DNA from: Octopus sinensis
Lineage: Eukaryota
Direction: 5' to 3'
NCBI RefSeq assembly: GCF_006345805.1
Contig: NC_043000.1
Location: 78,368,001 to 78,432,000, forward strand
Length of the DNA: 64,000 nt
Position numbers and translations under genes: made by a program. A model generated the notes under the pieces. That model ran no database searches, was not told the DNA's origin, and saw only the letters and a list, made by a program, of their open reading frames with translations. Shown piece after piece: positions 1 to 15,360 of this stretch. Each line of letters opens with the position of its first letter. The stretch's first letter is position 1.

Positions 1-355
1 TCACAAGGCAGGCAAAAGAAGCACCTTAAGGACACACTGACAGCCTCACTGAAAGCTTTCAACATCGACCATAACACTTGGGAGCAGTCTGCTCTAGACA
101 GAGAAGGGTGGCGATCAGCTTTCCACAAGGGTGACAACACATGCGAGACCAATAGGATCACTGCTGCAGAAGACCGCAGACAAGCCAGGAAGAACAGAGC
201 TAACAACCCTGTAGCAGGCACTACCATTCCCTGTCCACACTGTCAGAGAATCTTTCGGGCACAGATTAGCCTTGCTAGCCATCTGTGGACTTACAAAAAA
301 AGCCCACCTCCACCCCAGAATGACTAGATGGTCTTCGTCACATCGATGGACAAAC
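1..355 (+). mobile_element. 3' end of RTE/BovB-type LINE ORF plus short 3' UTR
   Basis: Frame 1 reads SQGRQKKHLKDTLTASLKAFNIDHNTWEQSALDREGWRS...PCPHCQRIFRAQISLASHLW...ND* (stop 325-327), typical of an RTE/BovB C-terminus with terminal zinc finger. Confidence 0.8.
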
Positions 356-3176
356 TACATTTTTGTGGGGTCTGGGGGTGGCAAACGGAAGGGCTGCTCC
401 AGGCAGCACACATTCTAGCTACACTAGAGCACACACTCTAGCTACACTAGTGCACACATACACACACACTCTCTCTCTCTCTTACACATACACACACACA
501 CTCTCTCTCTCTTACACACACACACGCACACACACTCTCTCTCTCTCTAGTTATCTGTGTATATATATATACACACACACACTCACTCTTACACATTCTC
601 TTTCTCCCTCTCTTTCTCTATCAATATGTTCATCTATCTATCTACATTTCTCCCCCACCTTCATCCTATCACTTTGTTTTTCTTAGGACACACTCATATC
701 TCTCCTCTTTCACCTTCTTGGACATCACTGTCTTCTATTCATATTCAAATTAATGATGAGGATCTTTACTTCCATTTTTAGATGTAATTATAAGAAGTGA
801 AAACATTACATATTTTGTGAAAAGTTTGTAAATTTTTTAAAGCTATTATTTTCACAGACATAAAGTTTTCCTGTCCTAACCAACATTGAAATGAGAGTAG
901 AACTATAATAATATCCAGCTGGGTAATTGTGTGAACTATAATATCCAGCTGAAGCATTATGTGTTGAATAGAAAATAAAATATAAAAACTGTAGGTGGTC
1001 ATGATGTTATGTGAAGTAATTAATAACATCCTGAGCCTAACATTTTGATGGTGTTACATTTCTTTTCTCAACAAATGTTACGATCTGATTTATGTAGATA
1101 TAGGCTATCAATAAGCCATTGGTTCTTGGGTAGAGCTGAGATGGCTGTTGGAATAACATATTCATAGATTATAAGTTCAAATTTGATGTAAGTGCATCAT
1201 TTTTGCTTCACAAAACATTTTTGTATGCATTGCTGCAGTTCAGCTTGGGTCCATCCAAATTGACTGAGAAAATTATTTGTAACAAATCAAATAAGATATC
1301 AAGCTTTTACAGACACAGTGTGTTAAAAGCACAATAAATATCAGACAGAGATGAAAATTCTTCCCAGCAGCAGTGGCCAGTGTGAGTGGAAGATGTGTTT
1401 CAGCTTTTGGAGCCTTTTTAGTGGTGCATGCTGGCAGCCAATTACATGCTTGGATGATTCATTATCTCTGATATAGGAAAATATGAATGAAACAGTCACT
1501 GATATTGTAAATAGCTGCCCAGCTGATTAAAAATCTAGTATATGCAACAGAGGTAGTATTTAACTAAAATAGCCATCTCTATATCATACTTAATGTGTAC
1601 ACACTGTCAATAGGCCAGTTATTCCAATGTTTGTCCTGGTACAATCTCTTATCTCTTAACACAACAAGTTCATAAAATGGCTGTAGTGATAGATATATTT
1701 GGGTCTCAATTACAACTTCCTTGTTCCTCCCCTCCCCCACTCTACTGTACAGCTACCTTTTTGATACCCTCTCATTTCTTTATCACTCATCCTATTTACT
1801 GCACCATACTACCTGTGTAACTGAGAATGTCACTGGAACTCACCAAATTCAATACCTCTACCATCATTCTCATATCACTACCTATTCCATTCAACACAAT
1901 CCCCAATATAAGAGGAGTCATATTGGTTCAGCTTGTTTTTCATACATTCTACTGTCACCTTTTTCTGTGGGACCAGTTGTCACTACTCACCTCTTTTTCC
2001 CAGGTCATTTGATAATGACATCCACCACTCACCCTCCTTCTCTTACAAACACCCATATCAATTACTATTTTATAATTAATTTCTATCTCACTTGCAAACA
2101 TGTAGCCATCATTCACTTCCATTACTCTCTCTCTACCATAACCTCTTCCAGCACAGCCTTTCTTCTTTTTCCTGTCCTCTACCCAACTCTCATTCTAACC
2201 ACTCTCTTTCTCCCAACATACTTCTATTTCTTTCACCCACTCATCCTGATTATCTCTCTTTTCTATTTTCAGGAATGATTTCATTTAGCCTCAAATATAC
2301 AAGACAATGTTATTGAATATATATGTTTTAGCTCATTTTTTTTTGTCAAGGTTGTTCCATATTTTCATAAGAGGTCCTTACAGTTTGTTTAGGGTAGTAA
2401 AGTCCTCAAATTCATAATCAACTTTTCTAGACTGTCATACTTTCATCTTCAAGCTGAAATGATGTCATTTCTTGTTGCAGGCTCTTTATAGTAGGCAAGG
2501 CCAATGTGATTGATGTAGACCAATGGTTCCCAACTGATTTCTGGCCATGCCTCATTGAATCATTTCTAAAATCCTGATGTCCCCTTGTGATATTCAATTT
2601 TTGTTATTCAAAATTTGGTTAATGTTTACAATATTACCCAGAAACAAAATAACAAAAAATAGTATAACAGATATAAAAAAAAATGTGTAGGAAACGAATA
2701 TGAAAAAAATGTGCAGAAAGCAACAGTGGGGGGACTTTGGAAAATTCACAAGATCTGAGTTTTTCGCCCATAACTTAGTGACTGTTTATCATGGATAGCG
2801 GGTATAAATCCAAACTTTAAATATTCCTCTGAATATTGACGAACTTTTTTTTAGTTGCACTACTCATTTTATGTATTTTTGAATCGGCATAACTACAGAT
2901 TTCTGTCCCTCCCACCAACTTTGGATGATCATAACTCTCAGAAAAATGGACATTGTTACGGAAATTGTCTACGAATATGTGTCATATCATGTAGATTCCG
3001 AATATACAAAATTTTGGGGAGTTCAATTCATCTTAACTTTCAAGAAAATGGATATTTTTAAAAATGAAATTCTCGATTCACAGGTGTTTCTGAACAAGTC
3101 GTCCATATTTGTTTCATTTTCACCGTTTTGTGCGTTTGTGCATCCTTAGATTATTACCACGCAAACACACACACAC

Positions 3177-3252
<76 letters not shown>

Positions 3253-3509
3253 ACATATGTAATTAAAAAAGTTAAAACGGGGAATTATTCTATTCAATAT
3301 CATATTTACTGTAGAGATTATGGGATCTTTACCTTTTGACCTACAGATCTAAAAAATAATTTTTTGTAACTAAACACTTTCAAACTTCGGACACTGGTAG
3401 AATGTGTCATATAAAACATCTTTTACTCTTAGCATTTTTGAAAAAAACTTATATTTATGAAGTTATTTCACGTTAAAGTTGTCGTATTTCGGTAATTTCA
3501 ACCAATCAG

Positions 3510-5560
3510 AAAAAGAAAAAGAAATAGACAGAAAAAACCCCAGAAAAAAAGAAGACGATAGAAAAAAGGAAAGAAAAAGAGAGAAAGAAGAATATTTAAT
3601 CAAACAGTTTTGTATAAATTTGATGATATTCTCCTGTCATCTTATTCATTCATCCAGGGTGTGATGTTAATAACCCGCAAACATATTTCTCCTCATACAT
3701 TCTGAGAAGTGAAAGTGAAGCAGATTCAGAATATTTTCTGAGAATATGCACTTTCAAGTCTTCTTCAAAATTGCAGCAGCTTGAAACAAAATGTTCAGTA
3801 AGTTCTGTCGAACTACTGTTATTGTGCCTGATGTCGAATCTGTGCCCATTAAACCTTTTGTTTAATTGTTCTGTTGTGCAACCAACATAAATTAAGGTCT
3901 AGCGAAACTAACAGGGCTAACGAGCCAACTGTGAGAAGGAATAAAATGCAAAAGCAGTAATTTACATTACGATTTTCCTTAGACACCCAGCTACTTTGGT
4001 AACTTTCAGAATTTTTATATGTTCCAATCCTTATTCTGTGTACCATAAAATCAATCATCTCAATCTATTTGATTTTATATTTTAAAAATTTCGCTAATGT
4101 CTTCATGACGAAATTCGGGACACAGTTACTGAAGACATTCAAATCCCTTCATGGTCATGAACCAAGACTCTGGTTACGGTTCATTGACGACATGTTTTTT
4201 GTCAAGGAAGGATTTCTTGCATTTCTGTGACTGTTATGCTAGAAACTATGGCTTTAAGTCCAACATAAAATTTACGTCTAGTTTTTCAAAAACTAGCGTT
4301 GAATTTTTGGACACTAAAGTGAAGTTTTCTGGAGGCAGAATAGTGACAGAGCTATTTTGCAAGCCCACGTCATCCCACATTTATCTCTACATTCGCTCCA
4401 ATCATCCACATCATCTTATTCGGTCAAATCCGAAATCCCAATTTTTGAGGATAAAACGGATTTGTACTGACATAGGGGATTACTGGAAACATGCAAATGC
4501 TTTTGTATGTTGTTATGTCAAACGCGGTTACAGTGAATCACGATTAAAGAACATAGCAAATGAAATAGCTAAGATTAGCAAAGATAGTTAAACCTACACG
4601 CATAATTTCAGCAAACACAATACAATAGATGACATAATTCCTTTAGTGATTAGCTGGCACCGACATCTCGCTGGCATCTCAAAAGTGTTGCATGAAAGTT
4701 ACCAGCATGTGGTGAAAGAATATCCTCGTTTCAAACAGACATTTCATCAGCCACCTATTGTAGCCTTTAGACGGATTAAAAATATACGAGAATTATTGAC
4801 CTCTATATCTGACTGCAAGAAAACGAACATTGGAGTATCTACACGCTGTACCTTAAAGAACAGCCGCAAGATAGGTAAGCCCTGTTCATTGTGAAACAAC
4901 ATGAGTGAATTGAATTCCATCAGAAATCATAACAGAAATGTTATGATTTATACAGAAGGTGGAACATGTAAAGCTTCCCATTTGGTGTATGCTGCAGAAT
5001 GCACGAAACACAATTTATGTTGGCTGCACAACAGAACAATTAAACAAAAGGTTTAATGAGCACAGATTCGATGTCAGGCACAATAACAGTAGTTCAACAG
5101 AACTTACTGAACATTTCGTTTCAAGCTGCTGCAATTTTGAAGACTTGGAAGTGCATATTCTCATAAAATATTCTGAATCTGCTTCACTTTCACTTCTCAG
5201 AATGTATGAGGAGAAATATGTTTGCGGGTTATTAACATCACACCCTGGATGAATGAATAAGATGACAGGAGAATATCATCAAATTTATACAAAACTGTTT
5301 GATTAAATATTCTTCATTCTCTCTTTTTCTTTCCTTTTTTTCTATCATTTTCTTTTTTCTGTTTTTTTTCTGTCTATTTCTTTTCGCCTGTTATAAAATT
5401 GTAACTTAAAAACTGATGATGTCATTCCATCAACGTGTGGACGCTGGATGCTCTCGTTCATACTTTAAGTTTAAATTCTTGTTATTTTGAATTTTTATCA
5501 TTTCTTATTTTGAACTTGACAAAGACAGACGTACTGTTGAAATATTGTTCAACTAATAAA
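3510..5560 (+). mobile_element. Penelope-like element (decayed RT + GIY-YIG) with an inverted copy of its 3' end placed upstream
   Basis: 4086-5304: ANVFM, WLRFIDDMFF, VEFLDTKV, KPTSSHIYL..SNHP, SQFLRIKRICT, KRGY, IYVGCTTEQLNKRFNEHR (GIY-YIG), with frameshifts and stops. 3510-3893 is the reverse complement of 5012-5385. Confidence 0.9.
5510..5552 (+). ncRNA. degenerate minimal hammerhead ribozyme in PLE 3' repeat
   Basis: TTGAAC-TTGACAA-AGACAG acgta CTGTT-GAAA-TATT-GTTCAA. Stem I is a perfect 6 bp, the core has drifted from CTGANGA, and AATAAA follows. Confidence 0.5.
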
Positions 5561-5580
5561 ATATCTTACAATCGAATCGT

Positions 5581-5679
5581 GCTCCTCCTCCTCCTCCTCT
5601 TCTTCTTCTTCTTCTTCTTCTTCTTCTTCTTCTTCTTCTTCTTCTTCTCTTCTTCTTCTTCTTCTTCTTCTTCTTCTTT
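5581..5679. repeat. (CTC)n/(CTT)n microsatellite
   Basis: Direct reading. Confidence 0.95.
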
Positions 5680-5689
5680 TGTATTATGA

Positions 5690-5824
5690 ATTCAGAATTG
5701 ATTTCCCAATTGAAGATTAAATTGAATTTAGAATAACAAATTTCTATACAACATATTTTACTTTTTGCTTCCAATATGTAAGGAAAAAATTTCATTCATG
5801 GGCAATGCCGGGTGCCTCTGCTAG
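5690..5824 (+). mobile_element. possible Helitron 3' terminus
   Basis: GC-rich hairpin-like GGGCAATGCCGGG followed by CTAG|T at 5821-5825. Confidence 0.4.
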
Positions 5825-5957
5825 TTATAAAATATAATAAAATAAATTATTTATATATGTTTATTAAACTGCAAAATAATTGGTGTTAAATATGAATAAT
5901 ATCCAATGCTAAAATAAATTTTATCATAGTATATTTCTTTATTTATAATTTTGTATA

Positions 5958-6050
5958 ATACATACATACATACATACATACATACATACATACATACATG
6001 CATGCATGCATGCATGCATGCATACATACATACATACATACATACATACA

Positions 6051-6082
<32 letters not shown>

Positions 6083-6098
6083 CATACATACATACATA
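5958..6098. repeat. (TACA)n/(CATG)n microsatellite
   Basis: Direct reading. Confidence 0.95.
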
Positions 6099-6953
6099 CA
6101 GGTGTGGTGAATAAACTGTCATCTAAATTACACAAAAATGAAAATATCTCTGACATCTCATTTTAACAGATATAGTTACCAAAATTACATAAAAATATCT
6201 TGAAATACTAAAGAGTAAATATAGTCAATAAAATCGCTATTGGCTTTAACCATGGCCTTCAGACGACTTTGGAATCTCTAGCAACTCTTCTAGACAATCT
6301 CCTTGGTAAATGATGCCATAATCGTTGCCTTCAGTTTATCTTTGGTATTACAAGGAGTTTTGTTGGTCATTCATTCAACTGCATCCTACACATAATAATC
6401 AAGTGAGTTGCAGTCTTCGGAGTTAAGTGGCCAAATGTTAGAGGTGATGTGGTCACAGAAATTGTCTGATAGCCATGACTAGGTTCATCTGATTGTGTGA
6501 CATGGTGCAGAGTCCTGTTGCCAGACATCAGGTCTTCCAGTAGCTATCCTCTTGACCCAGGGCAGCACTACCTTCTCGATGCACTTGATGTAGGCCTTCC
6601 GTGTTGAGACTGAGGCCACGTGGGAAGATGAATGGAGGCAAAACGTCACCATCACTAGTGATCACTCCAAACACCATGAAGCTGACCTGATGTTTGATTT
6701 TTATTACTCTCAGTACATGTCCTCAGATTGCTCTGTCCTCAGACTGACACCCAAACACTCTGAAATGTTTGTATTGGAGCTTCCGGCGCAAATGCCAAGC
6801 AGTATAGCATGTTGTTTCTAAATTTCTGACAAAGTGAATTGTGTCATGATGCTGTTACCTACTATACTGTGTAGTTGACAAAATCAAAAATAAACAATGC
6901 GCATACACGAAATTAAAATTATAAAAGGGTGACAATTCACCCATCGTACCCAA
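6099..6953 (-). mobile_element. internally deleted DD37D (maT-type) Tc1/mariner fossil
   Basis: Minus strand 6540-6380: VWQQDSAPCHTIR*T*SWLSDNFCDHITSNIWPLNSEDCNSLDYYV*, with 37 positions between the last two catalytic Asp. Degenerate TIRs at both ends next to TA. Confidence 0.75.
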
Positions 6954-6989
6954 TATATGTATGTATGTGTGTGTATATATATATATGCA

Positions 6990-8945
<1,956 letters not shown>

Positions 8946-8966
8946 TAATAATATTCGCTGCCTTAG

Positions 8967-9050
<84 letters not shown>

Positions 9051-9051
<1 letters not shown>

Positions 9052-10180
9052 TGCTAAAGCTCGTGGAAAATCACGAGAGACGAAAGAAGCTTCATTCTAT
9101 CATCAAGGAAAGCAAAAAATTTGCTATTGATCTCGTGCAGGATACCCAAACTGAACAACCCGAGGGAAGTACGGCAACTATTGTTGCAAAGAAGGTGAAA
9201 ATGATGGCAATGAAAAAAGCGCACAAGCAATTGGCTGATAGGTGGGAGGAGAAACCTCTGCACGGCAAATATGTGACCCGCAGCAAACAAGCTGATGTTG
9301 ACCAGAAGCAAACCCATCAGTGGCTGCGGAGCTCAGGGCTAAAAGCAGAGAGCGAAGGTTTCATCCTGGCTGCTCAAGACCAAAGCCTATCAACCCGGAA
9401 CTACCAGGCCAATGTGATGAAAAATGGAGCAGACCCAAAATGCCGATTCTGCAACGACATGATTTAAACAGTGGACCACCTAATCTCTGGATGTAAAGTC
9501 TTAGCACCAGTGGAGTATAAATTAAGACATGACAGAGTTGGCCAATATCTCCACTGGCTAATAAGTCGGCATTACAATATCAAAACTGCCGACAAGTGGT
9601 ATAATCACCACCCTGAGGCTGTAACTGAAGGAGAAAATGTAACCATTCTGTGGGACTTTCCAGTACATACAGACCGAACCATCAAGGCCAATAAACCAGA
9701 TATTGTTGTGAAAGACCAAAACAATAAAGTTTGCTTATTGATCGACATGAGCATCCCCTGTGATCATAATATCTCAGCGAAAGAGTTTGACAAGCTCAGA
9801 AAATATAAAGACCTACTCATTGAAATTGAGAAAATGTGGCATCTCAAAGGCGGTTACAATACCAGTGATCGTAGGAGCACTAGGAATGATCAAGAAGGGA
9901 ACCGAAAATTATATGAGAATGATCCCTGGCTTACCATCCCTGCAAGAAGTGCAAAAGATCGTCTTAACTGGTACATCACATGTATTGAGAAGAGCATTGT
10001 CGATGTGAGAATTGTTGCTGCTCATGTATTTTAATTTAACTTTAAAAAATTAAAAAAATGAACGAACTATTGAGTTTAGTGTAATGGCCTACCGATGTAT
10101 ACTATGAGTTTCTTTGCCCTAGGAGTCGGGAAGACACTCGGCAAGAAATGGAAGCAAATTTGAAAGAAGAAAAAAAAATA
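9051..10180 (+). mobile_element. 5'-truncated R4/Dong-like LINE (family A) inserted in (TAA)n
   Basis: KPLHGKY, WLRSSGLKAESEGFILAAQDQSL, CRFC..DHLISGC, RHD, NKPDIVV..LIDMSIP (restriction-like endonuclease). (AAT)n on both flanks; one stop and one frameshift. Confidence 0.9.
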
Positions 10181-10199
10181 ATAATAATAATAATAATGC

Positions 10200-10424
10200 C
10201 TGGAAATGTATAAGATAGCACCTACTCTTGAGAAGAGCATTGTCGATGTGAGAACTGTTGCTGCTCATGCATTTTAATTTAACTTTAAAAAAAAAAAAAA
10301 AAATTAACGAACTACTGAGTTTGGTTTAATGGCCTACCAATATACACTATGAGTTTCTTTGCCCTAGGAGTCGGGAAGACACTCGGCAAGAAATGGAAGA
10401 AAATTTGAAAGAAGAAAAAAAAAA
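10200..10424 (+). mobile_element. short 3' fragment of R4/Dong-like family A
   Basis: Near-identical to 9985-10178 and followed by (AAT)n. Confidence 0.85.
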
Positions 10425-10446
10425 GTAATAATAATAATAATAATAA

Positions 10447-12559
10447 ACAAGCATCTGGACGAAAACAAACTGTTCCCAGAAGAGCAGAAAGGATGCTGCA
10501 AAGGCTCATATGGCTGTAAAGATCAACTAATGATTAATAAAGCCGTAACTGAAGACAGCCACAGAAAGAAGAAAGGCCTCAGTATGGCCTGGATTGACTA
10601 CAAAAAGGCGTTTGATAGCATCCCCCACACATGGATCCTCGAAACACTAGCCATAAACAAAGTAGCACCAACAATCATAAAATTCATAGAGCACTCTATG
10701 AATAAATGGCAAACAGTCCTACACCTCCAAACAAAAGAGGGACTCATGAAAACCAAAGACATCCCCATTAGAAGAGGAATATTCCAGGGAGACACGCTCT
10801 CTCCACTCCTTTTCTGCTTGGCACTGTCACCTCTATCTGATATGCTAAATAGAACTGGATGCGGATATAAATGTTACGGCAAAACGATCAGCCACCTTTT
10901 ATATATGGATGACCTAAAACTATACGCTGCAAATGACAAACAGCTGGAAACACTATTAAAGACAGTTCATGGATTTACCAAAGAAATAGATATGAAATTT
11001 GGATTAGAAAAATGCGCCAAAGTAACCATGAAAAGAGGAAAACTAGTTAAGAGTAACAACATCACACTAGATAAAACCAATGAAATAAAAGAATTAGAGC
11101 AAAGCCAAACTTACAAATACTTAGGAATCCATGAACTAGATAAGACACAACACACACAAATGAAAGAGAAAATAAAAAAAGAATATTATAGACGAGTTAG
11201 ATCAATACTAAAAACAGAGCTCAATGCTAAAAACAAGATAATAGGTATCAACACATTAGCTGTCCCAGTTATAAGTTACAGCTACAATATCCTTAACTGG
11301 ACACGAAATGAACTGTCCAAAATAGATAGGAAAACAAGAAAAATACTGACAGGATCTAGGATGCATCACCCAAAATCTGACATAGAAAGACTATATATAC
11401 AACGTATAGAAGGTGGTAGAGGCCTTATACAGCTGGAAAACTACTATAAAATAACCACCATAGGACTGCAAAAATACCTACTTCAGAAGGAAGGAAAACT
11501 GATCCAGATAGCAGCAAAACACGAGCAAAACAAAAAACTGTTCTCAGTATTTAAGGAAGCTGACAAATACAAACAAGAAATCATACCACCTAATAAACAC
11601 GAAGAAGAAGAAGAAGATGATGAAGAAACAACAAAAGCTATAAAACAAATGAAATCCAAACTAAAAATAGAACAGCAACGAACCATGATAAAACGATGGC
11701 AAGAAAAGCCCCTTCATGGTAAATACTGGACTAAACTAAACGCAAAAGAAATAGACAAAGAAAAATCCCAGCAATGGTTGAGAAGCTCAGGACTCAAAGC
11801 AGAAACAGAGGGATTTTTAATTGCAGCACAAGACCAAAGCCTCCCCACCAGAAATTACCAAAAACATGTAATGAAAAGAAATATTACAAGTAACTGCAGA
11901 ATATGTGGAGATGGACAAGAAACAATAAATCATATTATCTCTAGCTGCCCAGTCCTGGCTAAGAAGGAATATATTCACAGACATGACAGAGTTGGAACCT
12001 ACATACATTGGAAGCTATGCCAACATTATGGAATAACAACAGAAAAAAGATGGTATAGGCACACACCAGAAAAGGTCACAGAAAACGAGAAAGCAACCAT
12101 ACTCTGGGATATGCCGATACACACAGATAGAGAAATTAAGGCCAACAGACCAGATATAGTTGTCAGAGATCATGAAGAAAAAAAATGCTTTCTAATTGAT
12201 GTATCAATACCGGCTGATGACAACGTGTCTCTAAAAGAAATGGAGAAACTCTCAAAATACAAAGACCTGGAAATAGAGGTAACTAGAATGTGGAATCTGA
12301 AAACAGAAACAATTCCTATCATAGTAGGTGCATTAGGCATGATAAAAAAATATTCAGACAAATACCTTAACAAAAACACCAGGACTTACAAACACATATA
12401 ACATACAGAAAATTGCACTACTAGGTACTGCACACATCCTACGCAGAACACTTTCCATACAATAACCATCAGAGCATCACAACAAATCACAGCACATACC
12501 CAAGGCACACAGAGCTGCGCTCGGTAGTGAAGTGAAAGCACGCTATAAAAATAAAACTA

Positions 12560-12562
<3 letters not shown>
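10447..12562 (+). mobile_element. 5'-truncated R4/Dong-like LINE (family B): RT + CCHC + REL endonuclease
   Basis: ORF 10530-12401: WIDYKKAFDS, GIFQGDTLSPLLF, HLLYMDD, YKYLG, CRIC..HIISSC, RHD, NRPDIVV..LIDVSIP. (AAT)n flanks on both sides. Confidence 0.95.
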
Positions 12563-12619
<57 letters not shown>

Positions 12620-13736
12620 CCTTTCTACTAAAGGTACAAGGCCTGAAATTTTGGTGGGAGGGCACTAGTTGATTACATTGCCCCCAGTTGTTTCATTGGT
12701 ACTTAATTTATCAATCCTGAAAGGATGAAAGGCAAAGTCGGCCTCAGCAGAATTTCGACCCAGAACATAAAGACAGACGAAATACCTATTTCTTTACTAC
12801 CCACAAGGGACTAAACACAGAGGGGACGAACAAGGACAGACAAACGGATTAAGTCGATTACATCGACCCAGTACGTAACTGGTACTTAATTTACCGACCC
12901 CGAAAGGATGAAAGGCAAAGTCAACCTCGGCGGAATTTGAACTCAGAACGCAACGGCAGACGAAATACGACTACGCATTTCGCCCGGCGTGCTAACGTTT
13001 CTGCCAGCTCGCCACCTTCATACCACTAAGCATTTTGTCTGGCATGCTAATAAAAGTTTGCCACAAGGGTTTCATTTTGGGGAAGGGGGTGAGTCAATTA
13101 CATCGACCCTGGTACTCGACTGGTGAAATGCAAAGTCAACCTTAGCAGAATTTGAACTCAGAACATAAAAATGGACGAAATGCTACTAAGCATTTTCCCA
13201 GCATGCTCATAATTCTGCCAGCTCCTCACCTTAAAAAATAATAATAATAATAATGATAATAATAGTAATAATAATCCTTTCTACCATAGGCACAAGGTCT
13301 GAAATTTTGCAGGGAAGTGCCAGTCAATTAGATTGACCCAGTATGCAACTGGTACTTAATTTATCGACCCCCAAAAGGATGAAAGGCAAAGTCAACCTCA
13401 GTGGAATTTGAACTTGGAATGTAAAGACTGATGAAATGTCGCTAAACATTTTGCCGAATGTGCTAAAGATTCTACCAGCTTGCTGCCTTAATACTAATAT
13501 TAATAATATTAGTAATAATAATGGTTTCAAATTTTGCTACATGGCCAGCAATTTTAGGGGGGTGGGGATGAGTTGCTTATATCGACCCCAGTATTCAACT
13601 GATAATAATTTATCAACCCTGAAAGGATGAAAGGCAAGGTCGACCTCGACGGAATTTGAACTCAGAGCATAGCACGGGTCAAATACTGCTAAGCATTTTA
13701 TCCAGTGTGCTAATGATTCTGCCAGCTCAACGCTTT
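12620..13736 (-). mobile_element. cluster of about 5 tRNA-derived SINEs with a Meta-like central domain
   Basis: Minus strand: A-box TGGCAGAAACGTTAG, B-box GAGTTCAAATTCC, central gcctttcatcctttcggggtcg..taagtaccag, (ATT)n tails. One copy (12787-13019) is nested in another with an ATACC duplication. Confidence 0.85.
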
Positions 13737-13738
13737 AA

Positions 13739-15135
13739 TCTCTATATTATAATTCTGAAATGCAAAAAGTTTGTTTGTCTGGTTTTGGGCATTAGAACGG
13801 GTTAAAGGCCACTAGATCCCGTCGGATTGACTCCAAAATTTACAGGGACATGTAAAATGAGGTGAGGATGCGAGTGGGCTAGGTTAGAAATCCCCATCTT
13901 AAAAGGTGTCGTTGCTAGGGCCAAAGACGCACACTTAGACAAGTCTACTCTCATTCTTTTATGTGTCTGTCTTACTCCATCTCTCACTCTCTTTCCTCCC
14001 TTCCTTTCATTTTCTCTCTATAACGTCGTTTCACAGCGTCTATTATCTTTCCCCCGCCGCCATCGCATTCTATTATCTGCCTGTCTTCCTCCATCTCTCT
14101 CTCTTTCCTCCCTTCCTTTCACATTCTCTCTATAACGTCGTTTGATAGCGTCTACTATCTTTCCTCCGCCGCCTTCGCAAGCGCTGTCTCTCTCTCTCTC
14201 TCTCTCTCTCTACGTCTGTCTGCATTCATAAAGAGAATTATCATCGCCACTACAACCATCACCACACAATCACGAGAATCTTTCTCTTAAAACAAATCAT
14301 CTTTAGGTTTCAAAATATTTCATTTTTCAGTCCTCTCTTTCATATATCACCTTTTCTTCCTTGATCTCTCTCTTTTCCCCCTTCCCTCCAATTTCTCTCT
14401 CTCTATAACGACGTTTGACACCTCCGCCGTCTCTCTTTCTTCTCCAACGCGTCGCTCAATGTATTTCTGTTTGTATCTATAAAGACGAAAAGTGACAGCC
14501 GCAAAAGTTTAAATATTCCCACCACAGGTCTTTCAGAAAGGTGAATTATTATCTCCCACCACCACCGCACAATTATAACAGATATTATTTATCAGAAGAT
14601 ATGTTATTATTTTGCGTGGATAAAAGATTTGCTGTGCTAAGAAGCATTATACCCTTTTAAAGAATTTATTTGTATGCCCAAGGCGACCGTCGTTAACAAA
14701 AATTTGTCGGTAAATTAAAAAAATTTTCCAGTTTTTAAATATTTACTTCTTAACTATTTTATTCGTTTTCTCATTGTAAACCAAATCATCTTTAGGCTTT
14801 AAAAAGTCTGCTCCCATTCTCTTATCTGTCTGTCTTCCTCCATGTTTCCTCCCTTCCCATCAATTTCTCTCTATAACGTTGTTTGACAGCGTCTACATTC
14901 TTTCCCCCGCCGCCTTCGCCAGAGCTCTCACTCTTTCTCTCGCATCCCCCCCTCTCTCTCTCTGCGTCTATCTGCATTCATAGAGAGAATTATCATTGCC
15001 ACCACCACCACCACACAATCATGAGAACAAATATTATGAATCAGATATTTATTGGGTTAATTTATATGTGTGTGTGTGTGTGTTCTATATATAAATATGT
15101 ATATATAATGTATATATACAAAGTGTATATATCTG

Positions 15136-15179
<44 letters not shown>

Positions 15180-15217
15180 GTAAACATTTGTATATATAAT
15201 GCGTACAAACACACACG

Positions 15218-15289
<72 letters not shown>

Positions 15290-15318
15290 GCGTATATATG
15301 TACATATATATATTATAT

Positions 15319-15360
<42 letters not shown>

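Noticed and set aside
800-970. Minus-strand frame with repeated AGYY motif
   Set aside because: A short local duplication with no clear splice signals or start; not enough to call an exon.
1721-2278. 185-aa ORF
   Set aside because: Low-complexity pyrimidine-rich sequence with no domain; likely old TE debris.
12930-13017. tRNA gene
   Set aside because: A and B boxes are present, but there is no cloverleaf and the sequence runs into a SINE body found in many copies.
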